From the NCBI GenBank assembly GCA_963813135.1, contig CAWEXY010000020.1:1-29299 (forward strand): a stretch of 29,299 bases of DNA, in the 5' to 3' direction. This stretch comes from an uncultured Verrucomicrobiae bacterium. Lineage in GTDB: Bacteria > Chlamydiota > Chlamydiia > Chlamydiales > Rhabdochlamydiaceae. The notes beneath the pieces were generated by a model that saw only the letters and a program-made list of their open reading frames with translations, was not told the origin of the DNA and did no database searches. This document shows, piece after piece, positions 28,801 to 29,299 of this stretch; within the stretch, counting starts at the first letter, position 1; each line of letters opens with the position of its first letter. The position numbers and the translations under genes are program-made.

Positions 28801-29299
28801 CCGCCGCCGGTGACGTTGAGGGCGAGGCTGCCTCCGCCGGCGACGGTGCCGAGCACCGTCAGCGGCTGCGTGTCGGTGAGGGCGACGCTGTACCGGTTGT
28901 GAAGCCGCCGAGCACAGCGACCTGGTTCGTCCCATTCAGGGTCACCGTGGTGAGCCCGGTGATGGGGCTGCTCAGGACGCCGGCGGTGATGCTGCCTGCC
29001 GTGATGTCTTCGGCGATCGACGCGGCCGCCAGCACCACGGAGCCGCCGGCGAGCGAGCCGGCCGTGCCCGGCTGGCCGATCGCCAACGCGCCGGGCGTGC
29101 TCAGGGCCAACGTGTTCAGCGTGCCCGCCGCGACCGCGCCGACGACGTTCAGGGCAAAACTGTCGGTCAGCCGGAAATCGCCGGCCGCCGCGAAACCGCC
29201 GAGCGCCGCAACCGCGCCGGTGAGCGTTGCCGCCCTGCCGCCAATGTCACCGGCAAGCCGGCGGACGGACCGGTCAGCAGGTTGGCGTTGATGGCGCCG
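25887..29299 (-). CDS. Filamentous-haemagglutinin-like Gly/Ala/Thr-rich repeat surface protein, 3' part (frameshifted, runs off window)
   Basis: Successive minus-strand ORF pieces with beta-helix-like G/T/A/V/L repeats; ends ...[11 protein letters not shown] at 25887, abutting the lipoprotein start. Confidence 0.8.

Noticed and set aside
25278..29291. Arg/Pro/Ala-rich ORFs on both strands in the GC-rich segment
   Set aside because: Alternative-frame artefacts of high GC content overlapping the haemagglutinin-like and lipoprotein genes.

Overview
Bases 1-~25187 look like a genome segment of an environmental member of the phylum Chlamydiae. The minus strand carries the conserved type III secretion cluster scc4-cdsD-cdsE-cdsF-cdsG-CT668-like-cdsN-cdsO-cdsP-cdsQ-pkn5, not followed here by cdsC. 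Then come an orphan HI1420-type antitoxin, clpX-clpP-tig, tRNA-Gly(GCC), an AT-rich ankyrin+SET candidate effector, SWIM-SNF2 helicase-mreB-pckA-dtd, a hypothetical gene and the 3' part of ndk. At ~25187, inside ndk, the sequence switches abruptly to very GC-rich DNA encoding a haemagglutinin-like repeat protein and the start of a lipoprotein/TPR (probably CHAT-type) gene. This is most likely a chimeric join with an unrelated, probably alphaproteobacterial, genome. Frameshifts are dense at both ends (<900 and >18400) and hit housekeeping genes, which points to sequencing indels rather than decay. Non-coding highlights are a ~160-bp nested palindrome (RPE-like) inside a partial duplicate of tRNA-Gly and three copies of a REP-like intergenic hairpin built from CGCAAAG units. 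All calls come from reading motifs and synteny; no searches were run.
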